Source: Octopus sinensis (taxonomy: Eukaryota). From it: 64,000 nucleotides of DNA. Within the stretch, counting starts at the first letter, position 1; every line of letters begins with the position of its first letter. Of this stretch, positions 1 through 11,759 are shown in pieces. The notes below the pieces were generated by a model. It saw only the letters and a program-made list of their open reading frames with translations. It had not been told where the DNA came from and did no database searches. The stretch spans positions 32,612,001 to 32,676,000 of the forward strand of contig NC_043003.1 of assembly GCF_006345805.1 (NCBI RefSeq), read 5' to 3'. A program made the translations under genes and the position numbers.

Positions 1-190
1 CACACACCAGAATGTGAGTTTTCTGTAAATTTTGCTTATTGGAGTTTAAATTTTAAAACTGGAGCTGGCATGACGCGATGCATTGTACTCTTAAAATTGC
101 TAGGTAAATTGTAATTGAAGAAATCCTATATTGTAGATTTGTAAACTCCCAAGGGAGGCAGATAAAATCTGCCTTTTATAATAAGAGATA
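1..190 (-). mobile_element. Possible 5' end of a non-autonomous Helitron/Helentron-like element
   Basis: The minus strand begins TCTCTTATTATAAAA-GGCAGAT-TTT-ATCTGCC (TC start, TATAAAA, short hairpin) directly against a (TA)n tract. The rest runs off the window edge. Confidence 0.3.
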
Positions 191-211
191 TATATATATA
201 TATATATATGA

Positions 212-833
212 TATAAGGTATATTAGCCAACTGAATATGGCTAGGGACAGGGCAGGGTGGTGGGGGTGTCACTGTTGCATTTAGCCCCAGGCGAACATCA
301 ACGTCACCAGATAGGCCGACGCCATCACGCGGCTCCCTCTATCTTGCAAAGGGAGATCATCCACCAAGAAGCGGATACCACACGGACCTAGGTTTCAAGG
401 TGTATTGCCTATTATCAACGTGTGGTAGGCATCGCTTCTCGATGAACGACCAACCGTGCAAGATATATATAAGGATTTTCAAGTAAATACATTTACTGAT
501 TTCGAAAATCTGTTCGACAGCAATAATAATTCTCTAAATGAGATATAGACAGTGACTGCTCCATAATATAAGGGATATTAGCCAACTGAATATGGCTAGG
601 GACAGGGCAGGTCCGTGTGTGGTATCCGCTTCTTGGTGGATGATCTCCCTTTGCAAGATAGAGGACGCCGTGATGGCGTCGGCCTATCTGGTGACGTTGA
701 TGTTCGCCTGGGGCTAAATGCAACAGTGACACCCCCACCACCCTGCCCTGTCCCTAGCCATATTCAGTTGGCTAATATCCCTTATATTATGGAGCAGTCA
801 CTGTCTATATCTCATTTAGAGAATTATTATTGC
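212..833. mobile_element. Non-coding hammerhead-containing ~355-bp repeat unit (retrozyme-like or Penelope pLTR-like) with an inverted partial copy
   Basis: The direct repeat TATTAGCCAACTGAATATGGCTAGGGACAGGGCAGG occurs at 221 and 576 (period 355). 609-787 is the reverse complement of ~212-388, and 742-833 is the reverse complement of ~520-611. (TA)n flanks both sides. Confidence 0.75.
378..425 (-). ncRNA. Minimal type-I hammerhead ribozyme with a degenerate core
   Basis: Minus strand reads CCACACG-TTGATAA-TAGG caataca CCTT-GAAA-CCTAGG-TC/CGTGTGG: 7-bp stem I, stem II, GAAA, palindromic stem III and a GUC site. The core differs from CUGAUGA by two transitions. Confidence 0.7.
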
Positions 834-1184
834 TATATATATATGTATTTACATATACACATATATATATTTATATAATACATACATATTCATATATTTA
901 TATCTAATATATATATATATGTGTGTATAAGTGTCTGTACACACACTCACACACGTACACACACATGATATATTCCAGTTGTTTTGAGATGTTTTTTAGA
1001 CGAGGCAATTATAACTATACCAATTTATTTTAATTTTAGTATATCATTACTATACATCAAATAAACTATTCTGCTAACTTTTCTTCTTGAAGGAGAGGCT
1101 GTTAGAGCACTTTGAACACACCCTACTAAGCACTGATTACCTCAGCTGAATAGTTTGCAGAATGCAGTCGGGATGCTTGGAAAC

Positions 1185-1468
1185 CTGCTATGAAATAGTT
1201 ACTTGTGTTAAACTGGATAAAAGAATGCTACAGAAACGCATGAAATGTTCTGGAGAGTTTATAAATTAACTTTTCCGTTGGTACAAGAACTTCAATGGTG
1301 GCAGAGGGGAGGTAATAGACGATGAACGTTGTGAGAGGGAGACGGATATCAGAACATCAGAGCTGTTTGAGAAAATCTGCAATTCTCTCGAAGACAGTGT
1401 GTCGGTAAAGACAATAGTCATAAAGTATGGATTCACTTTGGTAACTTTGGTAACCACAATCTTACGAT
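1185..1468 (+). pseudogene. Mariner transposase N-terminal (HTH) remnant
   Basis: Frameshifted translation CVKLDK.NATETHEM...FRWYKNFNGGRGEVIDDERCER...RTSELFEKI resembles the mariner N-terminus (KLGK.ATET..M...FRW..RF..GRE.V.DDER.GRP). Confidence 0.65.
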
Positions 1469-1539
1469 CATGATGCTGACACCCTAACCACTAAGCCACG
1501 CACCTCGACTATGTTACAACAAGTGCATTGAAAGTAGAG

Positions 1540-4000
1540 CAGCGATTCTTATATTTCTTAATTGAAAAAAAAAATGATTTCTTCAAAACATAGATATATA
1601 ATTTATTAGTGCGCAAAATTAACCATGCATCAGTTTCACATAAAATCACTGTGTTCAGAGAACAAAACCAACAAAACATGAATTTCACTCAAAAACATAA
1701 CTCAATGAATATTTACTGCAAATAAACGTGACTTTTGCTGTTGTCTTTCAAATGCAAGTTTAGAAATGCGCGGCTTCACCAGGGCAAGTGCCATTCTCAT
1801 ATGTTTGCAGCAAAATCTGTTCCTTTTCTTAGTTTTCATGTCAACCATCCTCGAAAAGGATTGTTCACAAAGATACGTTGTAAGAAACGGTGTATCTCAA
1901 GATCTTTCTTGGCAAGAAGAGGGTATGTTATGATTTGGTGACACCGAAAGGTTGAGAGCGTTATTGTTCTAAAGAAGCTGGCTCTGCTGAAGTTCAATGA
2001 TTTTGTCATGTTATAACAACGCTAAATGTAAACGACTGTCTCACCCATGCTGGATATAACTTTCTGGTGTGGAAGTATCTGTCGAGAGACTTTGCGATCT
2101 CACCTAAGTGCATGGTAATTGCTTGCTTCAGCTCCCCAGGTACGGAAATGTCTCCAATTCCAGACTCGTCTTCGATCTTACTGACACAGTCGTCCTGCAA
2201 GGGAAAGTTTGCAAAGTCACTATCCTCTGTTCGTTGTTTTCATAAAGGTAGCTTTTTGTAAACGCCTTTGGGTTTTATTCTGCTTCAATGATGTTGACTC
2301 GACCACCCTGCATCTGTCGATTGAGAAAATATTGGCCATGTACACCAAAATGAGAATGAACTTTGAATTTTCGAAGCAATATGCGTTACAATGTTGGTAC
2401 TTTTGCAAAAACAGCGCTAATTCCACACGCATGGCAAAAATACGACTCACTACCTTTTCCCTGGATAACCACTGAACGTTAGAATCGTACAGAAATACCT
2501 CGAATTCAGAACCGATTTCATTACACAGGTCTTTGAAGATGCAGTGCTTCATAATACTACTTCGCACGTAGTTCACATATTCAACTACAATTTTTAATAC
2601 TTCTGCCAGTTTTGGAGGCAAGGTTCGTGTTACCAACGCATGCCTGTGTAGAACACAGTGCGTAACAATGATGTGTGGTGCATCGGATTTCACCAGCGCT
2701 CCAAAACCGAAGTGTCGTCCCAGCATAACTGGAGCGCCGTCCGAACAAATTGCAGAAACTATATTCCATGAAAGCTAGTTGTCATCAACGAGCTTCTTCA
2801 TATCGGCTGCCTTGGTTATTGTTGCAAGAGGCTTACAAAATAAAATATCTTCCTTTATGTCGTCTTTTACATAGTGAGCCACTACAACAAGCTGGCTTAT
2901 ATTAGAAACGTCAGCGGTCTTGTCGAGTTGGAGGTTGAATTTTGTTGGGCTTGAAATCAGATCTGCAACTACTTGAACCAAGATGTCATCGCCCATGTCG
3001 TATATTCTGCTGCTGATAGTGCCATTTGAAAGAAGAATTTTGGATAACTTATCTTCAGTAGCTTTTCCCAGTATGATATTCGCCATCTTCAACGCAGCTG
3101 ATTTTACGAGTGTTTAACCAATGGTGTGTGGTTTGCTCTGCTTTGCGAGCAGGTACACAACATCGTACGATGCTGTGGGGATCGGTTTGTCGATGGATAC
3201 AAAGCCAAGAACAGGCAGATTATCCTTTTCATCGAATCTGGCTCTCTTCACCTTGAATTCAGCAAGCGTTGTGTTCCTGTATTTCCCATCTCCATGCAGC
3301 TTTAGGAAGTATTCCCTTAGTTTTGCCAGTGCTAGACTAGAATTGCTCAACTTGGCATTGCAAATCATGCTTTGAGGACGCTGACTCCCATCACGTTCCT
3401 TTATACACATGAATTCATATCGTACGTATTCGTCCAACTACTTTCTTTTTTTGATCAACATAGTATAAAGGGTTTGAAAGATTAAAAGAAAATCACAAAT
3501 GACGTACAGTCACAACAACCAAAAGTCAGCTACTGAGCGCACCAGGCCAGATATCAAAACCAATCGATGTGGCGTGATCAGCAGCAACTAATGATGGCCA
3601 AGCGGAGCGTGACGTCATGAATAATACGAGTGAGCTGAACGGAACGGGGACACACACATAAGTCTGGGCCAATTTTTGCTTTGTTCAAAGCGCTTAAAAT
3701 TTTTTTATTTATTTATTTATAAATTGATATTTTGAAATTAAATTTCATATTGTTATCGTAGTTCATCTTCTAATAAGCCAGTTTATCATGGAAATTTATT
3801 TCGTGTTACAAATTTTTACTAAGCAACTAAATATTTATAATCTAACACAGCGAAGAAAAATTGTGTGTTGCCAAATTGTTGGCAGACGATTTTGCTCATG
3901 TGAACCGGGCTATATTGTGTGTGTCTTGACCCCTGAGGAACCCCTAAGACTGACTCAACGAAATCCTAGCGTTCGATCGAACCCATATTGAGAACCACTG
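1540..4000 (-). mobile_element. hAT DNA transposon of Buster/Charlie type, full length but decayed
   Basis: Imperfect TIRs CAGCGATTCTT (1540) and GAGAACCACTG (ending 4000). The 8-bp flanks AAGTAGAG and AATGAGAG match 6/8, and the left one fits NNNTANNN. A transposase pseudogene lies inside. Confidence 0.85.
1725..3461 (-). pseudogene. hAT transposase pseudogene (ZBED5/ZBED8/Buster-like) with stops and frameshifts
   Basis: The fragmented ORFs join up: KKRK..DEYVRY..RPQ.MICNAKLSNSSL (BED-like), LSNGTISSRI.DM, LQLDKTADVSN, THCVLHRHAL, YDSNVQWLSREKV, and a C-terminal hAT dimerisation-like region. Confidence 0.9.
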
Positions 4001-4056
4001 AATGAGAGGATCCTACTATGAAAGAGAATAGAGTTTTTTAAAGTCTGACATTTCCT

Positions 4057-4122
4057 TCGAAGTTTCGGCTATATAGATTTCAATGAAATACCCGATGAAG
4101 ACTATATTGCCGAAACATCGCG
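4057..4122. repeat. Head-to-head pair of degenerate hammerhead-like motifs
   Basis: The plus strand has CCGATGAAG-ACTATATTGC-CGAAAC-ATCG (4092-4120). An inverted degenerate copy GTTTCGGCTATATAG lies at 4062-4076. Confidence 0.35.
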
Positions 4123-4169
4123 CGAGTTGTTAACATATTTTTGCAAAATTTCACTTTATATATTATTCG

Positions 4170-4562
4170 TTTACTCTTTTACTTGTTTCAGTCATTTGAC
4201 TGCGGCCATGCTGGAGCACCGCCTTTAATCGAGCAACTTGACCCCGGGACTTATTCTTTTGTAAGCCCAGTACTTATTCTATCGGTCTCTTTTGCCGAAC
4301 CGCTAAGTAACGGGGACATAAACACACCAGCATCGGTTGTCAAGCAATGCTAGGGGGCCAAACACAGACACACAAACACACACACGCATATATATATATA
4401 TATACATATATACGACGGGCTTCTTTCAGTTTCCGTCTACCAAATCCACTCACAAGGCTTTGGTCGGCCCGAGGCTATAGTAGAAGACACTTACCCAAGA
4501 TGCCACGCAGTGCGACTGAACCCGCTAAACAAGCTGCTTACCACACAGCCACTCCTGCGCCT
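4170..4562 (-). mobile_element. tRNA-derived SINE, family B (CORE-like box, internal microsatellite)
   Basis: Minus-strand head AGGCGCAGGAGTGGCTGTGTGGTAAG...GGGTTCAGTC, then GGCATCTTGGGTAAGTGTCTT, and a 3' tail ACTGAAACAAGTAAAAGAG. Homologous copies lie at 26510, 43761, 50724 and 60655. Confidence 0.85.
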
Positions 4563-4685
4563 AGAGTACCTCCTGTTACTCTACAAAAAACAAAATATGT
4601 TACAATCCGTCAATTTAATGTTTGTTTTTATATATACTTAAATGCAGGATAATATTACTACGCGCGCGCACACACGCTCACACAC

Positions 4686-4726
<41 letters not shown>

Positions 4727-4767
4727 GAAATTATTGTAAAATTGTTTTTATTATAAATGAACATGAG

Positions 4768-4965
4768 GCGGCGAGCTGGTAGAATCGTTAGCACGCCGGG
4801 CAAAATGTTTTGCGGCATATCACCCGTCTTTTCTGAGTTCAATTTCTGCCGAGGTCGACTATATCTTTCGTCCTTTTGGGGTCAATAAAATAAATACCAG
4901 ATGAGCACTGGGATCAATGTAATCAACTTACCACCTTTCCCTTGTGCCGAAATTTGGAACCATTA
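4768..4965 (+). mobile_element. tRNA-derived SINE, family A (Meta-like domain)
   Basis: GGCGGCGAGCTGGTAGAATCGTTAGC head, GAGTTCAA B-box-like motif and the CCTTTTGGGGTCAATAAAATAAATACCAG body shared by many copies in the window. Confidence 0.8.
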
Positions 4966-6819
4966 TAAATAAATATAAAGAGAAGCATTACAATGTGTGT
5001 GTGTGTGTGTGGTGTGTGTGTGTGTGCGTGCGTGCGTGCGTGTAATTACGAATTAAAAGCAGCCCTAATATTGTAACCATTATCAATCGCACTACCGATA
5101 TTTTGCCATTATTGTGGTTTATCAATACCACACATTTGGATCATTCCGAAGCGAATTCAATCCCTGGTCTATGACTTATATGCAAATAGACTGAAAGCTG
5201 TTTGCTGATACATGTGGAAGTAAATCAAATTATGTATTAAAAGCAGCTCTTGTCATGTAAACATTATCGATGGCATACACAGAGTGATCGTGTTTTGTTT
5301 ATACGCCGAATTTGCTGCGAAATAGCGTCTGGAAAGGCTCTTTGCATAACACTGCATATTAAAGGGCACCTGAATATCATATATCAGGCAATATAACTCG
5401 CCTCGAAATGAATTCAAGTGTGATAGATAACCGATATTTTGCCGTTATTGCAGCTTAACATTGTGCTTTGTGTCGGGAGCCTTTCTAGACTCTATCCCAC
5501 TGCAAATTCGGCGTTTGCAGTTTACCGAACCGTTCTAAGTTTAAATCATTTATTTGCGTGATCGAGCAAATTGTTTTTACTTAAATATTACTTCCGATTC
5601 TTAGAGAGATTAATTATAGCCATCCTTGATATCTATTCGAACTGGTTAATAATTTACGTCTTTAGTGATTAAGGAAATTGTTTTGGGCATTTTCACAGTG
5701 CAGCTCACTTTTGTTCTATTTTCAGTATTTTAAATTGGGGTGGTCAGTATTGCTTTCCGAGGTTTATGAAACTTAAGAGAGGATGTGAAGAAATTATCCT
5801 CCTTTGCTGATCTGGCCATCACACCAAATCTCCTGAAATATATCCTATCGGCCAGTTGGTGATGTTCACCCAGGCAACGGATTAAGGTTTCCAACTAAGA
5901 GCACGAACGGTCTCTCTGATAGGAATTCAGCATGCTTCCACAAAATCAAATTCCATTTGTAAACATTTGGACGCTCATACGGTAGAAGATAACAGTCTGA
6001 ATGAAATTGAATCCATAAACTCGTAGTTACGAAACCAACATCTTAACCATTTAACCACACGGAAGCGTAACTGAATCTGTGAAAAAAGTGCGTTTATGAA
6101 ATAAACTTACTAACTGTACTACAATGTGTGGCGAAATACGAACGTTTGTTCGTATTGAACATTCGATAGTTCCCCACCCACCTGTACTTGAACATTCGAT
6201 AGTTCCACACCCAACTGTTGTCTGACTAATTAAAGAATAAGTTAGAAAAATTGCAAACAAAACGAAACAAGACGAGTTGTTAATTCTTCTGATAAAAGCA
6301 TATTACATTGTTGAATATTTAAGGCATTCAAACGGTTAATGTGGACTAGCAAAGATTATATTTAATGCTGCATTTGTACAACAATGGAAAAATAAAAAGT
6401 TTCCAAACAATTCAAAAAGTACATATCTAAATATTTTATCATCTCACATCTTTAAATTCTCTTTATAAAAATTCAATTCTTTATGAATTTGTATTTTTTC
6501 GTACTTTTCATCCTTAACATTCTACACACCCTAATCTTTCGACGTCTTTATATATTCACATAAAGCACACTCTTTAATGCTTTTTTCTTCTTAATGTTTG
6601 ATGTATAATCTTTATTTTATTTTGTTCTTCCTATATTCCTTTTCTTTCTTTCTTTCTTACATTCAATCATCTCTTTTCAATCTTTTTTCAGTCAATTTTC
6701 TATTGCATGCATTGTTTTTATATCTCTTTACAAAGGATACTTTCTCTTTACCATTATTTACCCTTTAATAACAAAAGTAATTTAAGTGAAAAACATTTTT
6801 ATGGTACACACTCAAAGAC

Positions 6820-7290
6820 ACACACACACACACAAAACTCTCACACACACAGGCACACACTCACACACATGCACAAACACTCTCAGACATTCGCTCTTTC
6901 CCTTACACACACTCATTGAGCTACAAGAACATAAACATAATACATATTTGTATATGTGTGTGATGTGGTGTGTGTTTTGTGTGTGTGTGTGTGTGTGTAT
7001 GTGTGTATCTGTGTGCGTGCGCGCCCCGGCGCGTGCGTATTAAGAGATTAAGAGAGAAAGAGACAGAAAGACAAAATGTGTGTGTTGTTGTTTGTATTCT
7101 GTATGTCTTTATATTGAGAAAATATTTGTGTGAGTGTATATATATATATATATATACATATACATTTACACACACATATATATATATATACACACATACA
7201 TGCATACATATATATATACACACACATACATGCATACATATATATATACGCATACACACACATATATGCATATATATATACATATATTAC

Positions 7291-7321
<31 letters not shown>

Positions 7322-7359
7322 CTTAAATACAAGTGTGCGTACATATGTGAGAACAGTTG

Positions 7360-7458
<99 letters not shown>

Positions 7459-8131
7459 ACAAACAAATAAGACGATAGAGAGAGATATAGTGTGTACGTG
7501 ACTGTGTATCTCTCAGTATATGTATTTGCATGTGTATGGTGCAAAAGAACGAATTCTTTGTAATACTTGGCAGTTTTCTAAACAGGAACGAAGACAGTTT
7601 GGTGCCTGAAAATAACTGATTAAAATTGCGAAGAAAGAAGACACATACAAACATATATACATATACAAGTGTATTCATATATGTATGCGTTTGTGTACAT
7701 ATATACGTATGCGTAGATATACATATACATACATAGATATGTGTGTGTGTGTATGTACACGTGTGTGTGTGTGTGTGCGTGTAGTTTTCAAGAAGTTTGA
7801 CAAACAAGACAAAATTCCTCCTGGCGACAAAAGCCATTCTATTTCATTAAATCATACAGATGCCAAATATTAAAGTGTGTGTAAATGTGTATATACATAT
7901 ATCTATATGAGTGTGTGTCTGTGTGTTTTTGTGTGTATAAAGAGAAAATAAGGGGGAGAGAGAGAGAAAGGGATATATATATATATAGAGAGAGAGAGAA
8001 AGAGAGAGATACCTACTGATATGTGTATATATGTGTACCTGTGCGTATGTGTGCGTGTGTGTGTGTGCGTGCGTGCGTTTGTGTGAGTGTGTGAGTGTGT
8101 GTGTGTGTGTGTGTGCGTGTGTGTGTGTGTG

Positions 8132-8166
<35 letters not shown>

Positions 8167-8170
8167 TGTG

Positions 8171-8203
<33 letters not shown>

Positions 8204-8340
8204 AAAGTATTTCCTGTGAGATGAAACTATTGGTTGGGCTCGGTAACGTTGATGATCAGGCGTTCAGCTTCGATAGTAACGATGATGATGATGATAATGA
8301 TGATGATGTAAATGATGATGATGATGTAAGTGATAATAAG
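6820..8340. repeat. Microsatellite cluster (CA, TG, TA, GATA, GA, GAT)
   Basis: Visible directly, e.g. (GATA)n at ~7361-7456 and (TG)n at ~8040-8200. Confidence 0.95.
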
Positions 8341-8652
8341 CAAATGATGATAAACACAATGGAATTATTGATGAGGAGACAACTCTTGTAATACTGATTT
8401 GCGTGTTTGACAAAGAATATAATATAAGTATGACAATATTATAAATAATGTTTGCATTTTGAGTGAACGAGCCGTCTTCGCGATAATGCATTCTGTTTCC
8501 TGAGGAAATAAGAATTGTTTGTATGGCATCTAACTATGTACGTGTGCAGGTATGTGTCCATGCAAATATTATTTCATGTATATATGTATAGATATACATA
8601 CATAGATGCATACATAGATACATACATACATGCATAGATATATACATACATT

Positions 8653-8686
<34 letters not shown>

Positions 8687-8694
8687 ATATATAT

Positions 8695-8744
<50 letters not shown>

Positions 8745-8780
8745 CTATGTATGTATTTATGCATGTATATATATATATAT

Positions 8781-8995
8781 CGGCGAGCTGGCAGAAACGT
8801 TCGCACGCGTAGCCGTATTTCGTCTGTCGTTACGTTCCGAGTTCAAATTCCGCCGAGGTCGACTTTGCCTTTCATCCTTCCGGGGTCGATAAATTAAGTA
8901 CCAGTTACGCACTGGGGTTGATGTAATCGACTTAATCCCTTTGTCTGTCCTTGTTTGTCCCCTCTGTGTTTAGCCCCTTGTGGGTAGTAAAGAAA
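8781..8995 (+). mobile_element. SINE family A copy
   Basis: GGCGAGCTGGCAGAAACG...GAGTTCAAATTCCGCCGAGGTCGACTTTGCCTTTCATCC...GGGGTCGATAAATTAAGTACCAG. Confidence 0.85.
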
Positions 8996-9013
8996 TATGT
9001 ATATATATATAGG

Positions 9014-9137
<124 letters not shown>

Positions 9138-9205
9138 CCAGTAAATACATAAATGCAAAACAAGGTGGAATAATACTCGAATACCGAAGGTAGAGTAATA
9201 TGCTA

Positions 9206-9370
9206 TTTTTATTAAAGTTGTAAAAACATCACAAAAACTATTAGTCAGAATTTCCCTTTCCCGTTCGTCGGACAGTTGTGATCAAGTCTTGATCACAGCT
9301 GTCGGACGAATGGGAACGTGAAATTTTGAGTAACAGTTTTTTGTGATGTTTTTACAGCTTTAATAAAAAA
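9206..9370. repeat. ~80-bp-arm fold-back palindrome with a degenerate hammerhead in each arm
   Basis: Centre at 9287 (GTGATCAAG-T-CTTGATCAC). The right arm 9299-9336 reads CTGT-CGGACGA-ATG GGAA CGT-GAAA-TTTTGAG-TA-ACAG. Confidence 0.75.
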
Positions 9371-9439
9371 AAGTATATCTATCTATATCCTTTGACTATA
9401 TTACCTCATCCATTCCTGAAAACAACACCAAAATTCACT

Positions 9440-9830
9440 CACTTGTAACTGCCGTCCTGGGGTCATTTGCCTTTTACAAAGCCATTGTAGAAGATATAAT
9501 GTAATTTATAAATGCACTGTCCTTAACACATTTCACAATTCTCCAGTCATATTTATAGGATCAACGATAAATTTTAAACAACGATATGCCGCTCAAATCC
9601 ATTCTTTTAGATACGATAAACAGTAAATCTACAACACTCGCCAGTCACATACATCATCTCAAAAATATTAATATACACTATACTTTGTCATGGTCCATAT
9701 TAGATTCAGGGCTTCCTTACCATGGTCAGCGCTCAACATGCAAGTATTGCCTGAAGGAGGCACTCCACATTTTAAAGCACCACCCTTCAATACTACTAAA
9801 TAAACATAATGAGGCCCTAAGCACAAACTC
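9440..9830 (+). pseudogene. Penelope-like element GIY-YIG endonuclease remnant
   Basis: Translation CNCR..VICLLQSHC..NVIYKCTV...FIGSTINFKQRY..SF, frameshifted into STTLASHIHHLK...WSIL...PY...CKYCLKEALHIL...LLNK.NE, the typical PLE EN layout. Confidence 0.85.
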
Positions 9831-10396
9831 CGCAGCTTTTTTCATACCTTCAAATTCTACCACAAGTCTAAATGCCTAAATAACCGCACTGTATGTTCCA
9901 GAATACCCCGTAGGTAATCCTCAAAAAAAATTATGCATCTCCATTTTAAATTCTAATCCTTATCTAGCTCCCCTATTCTTACTTTAGGATCACAGTCATT
10001 TAATTATATATATGTGTGTGTGTCTATGTATGTGTGTGTATTTATATACATATACATATATGAACATACAATCGGATACATGCGAATATGTATGAGTATA
10101 TGTATATATGAGAACATATATATGTATGTAATATATATATATATGTGTGTGTATATATGTGTGTGTATACATATATGAGCATGCAAACGGGTACTTGTGA
10201 GTGTGTATGAGTATATGTATAGATATTTTATATAAGCATGGATTTGTATGTGGGTATATGTAAACATGTATATATATATATGTACACATACGTGCCTCTC
10301 TGTGTATGTGCGTATATATATACACATACATAAGATTATACGCGTGTGTGTGTTTGCATGCAATTATATATGCGAAGATTTATATATACAAAAATA

Positions 10397-11626
10397 TCAG
10401 GTCATCCCATAAGTTCCGTCCGATTTTAATATTATTTTTGATTGTCTAATGGAATTAAAAAGTATTATTATGCACTTGTGTACATTTAAACTAATTAGAT
10501 ATTATTTTACAGAATAACAAAATTAAAATTTCTTGGATTAAAACCCTTTCTAACGTGGAATTATCCAAAGAGCATTTGAGTACAAAAATGGAAACTCTGC
10601 AGCCGAAGCGACTCGAACCATACACTCAGTTTATGGGGAAGAATGCTTGAATGAAAAAACTTGCAGAAGATGGTTTGCGAAATTCAGAGGTGGAGATTTC
10701 AGCCTTGAAGATGAAGTTCGTACAGGACGTACCGTTGAATTTGATACTAAGCTCCTTGAGGCATTACTTGAATGAAATCCTGCATTATCAGTTGAAGAAT
10801 TGGCAATAAAGCTTAGTTCAAACCATACAACTGTTCATCGTCATCTTCAACAACTTGTAAAGGTTCTTAAACTTGGAAAATGGGTGACTCATGAATTGTC
10901 CGAAAGCAGCCGCAAATCCCGAGTTGACATCTGTTCTTCTCTCCATTCTCACCAACTCATTTCACCCTTTTTGGATAGACTTGTGATTGGTGACGAAAAA
11001 TGGATCTTCTATCGAAATGTTAAACGTCGTAAACAGTGGCTTAGTAAAATGGAAAAGGCTCAACCACAACCGAGAAGGGAACTTTATTGGAAAAACGTTC
11101 TTCTGTCTATCTGGTGGGATAGCAAAGGAGTAATTCACTTTGAATTGTTACCACCTAATGCAACAATCAATGCTATCAGCACTAGCGTTTGAACCAATCT
11201 TTGAAGAAAAAAAGTCCCGCTTTAGTCAATCGAAAAGGAGTGATGTTTCGTCAGGACAATGCGCGACCCCACACTGCAAAGATCACATTACAGAAGATCG
11301 AAGAGCTTGGTTAGGAAAAAAATTCCTCATCCACCTTATTCTCCCGACCTTGTTCCTTCAGGCTACTATTTGTTTCGTAGTTTACAGAATCATTTGGGCT
11401 CATAACTTTCGTAAGCCAGGAGGAGGTCGAAACTGACATTTCAGAGTTCTTTGCTTTGAAACCAAAAGAGTTTTACATTGATGGGATTAAAAAGTTTGTA
11501 AATAGATGGAAGGAAGTCATAGATAATCAGGGAAAGTACATTGATGAGTAAATTTCAATTAAATATAACATTTGATCTCTTATTTTCTTTATTCAAAATT
11601 CGGACAGAACTTATTGGATGACCTGA
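10397..11626 (+). mobile_element. Mariner DNA transposon, full length
   Basis: TIRs TCAGGTCATCCCATAAGTTCCGTCCGATTTT and AAAATTCGGACAGAACTTATTGGATGACCTGA, TA target duplication on both sides, length ~1.23 kb. Confidence 0.95.
10555..11551 (+). pseudogene. Mariner transposase pseudogene
   Basis: Motifs GKWVTHEL, GDEKW, QDNARPH and HPPYSPDLVPSGYYLF (third catalytic D reads G), interrupted by stops, frameshifts and deletions. Confidence 0.92.
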
Positions 11627-11759
11627 TAGATACGGATGAGTGTGTATATGTGTGAATGTGTATGAACATACATGGGTTTGTATGCGTATGTATGTGTTGA
11701 AGTATGTATAAGTCTATATATATGTGTGGGTACGTATGTGTGTATACATATTCAGAGGT

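Noticed and set aside
493-878. Two opposite-strand ORFs sharing the peptide PVPSHIQLANIPYIMEQSL
   Set aside because: This is an artefact of the inverted duplication.
6700-8220. Many 60-220 aa ORFs rich in Y/I/H/T/C/V/M (also at 18790, 33137, 37849, 40924, 57907 and elsewhere)
   Set aside because: They are translations of microsatellites that lack stop codons, with no protein-like complexity.
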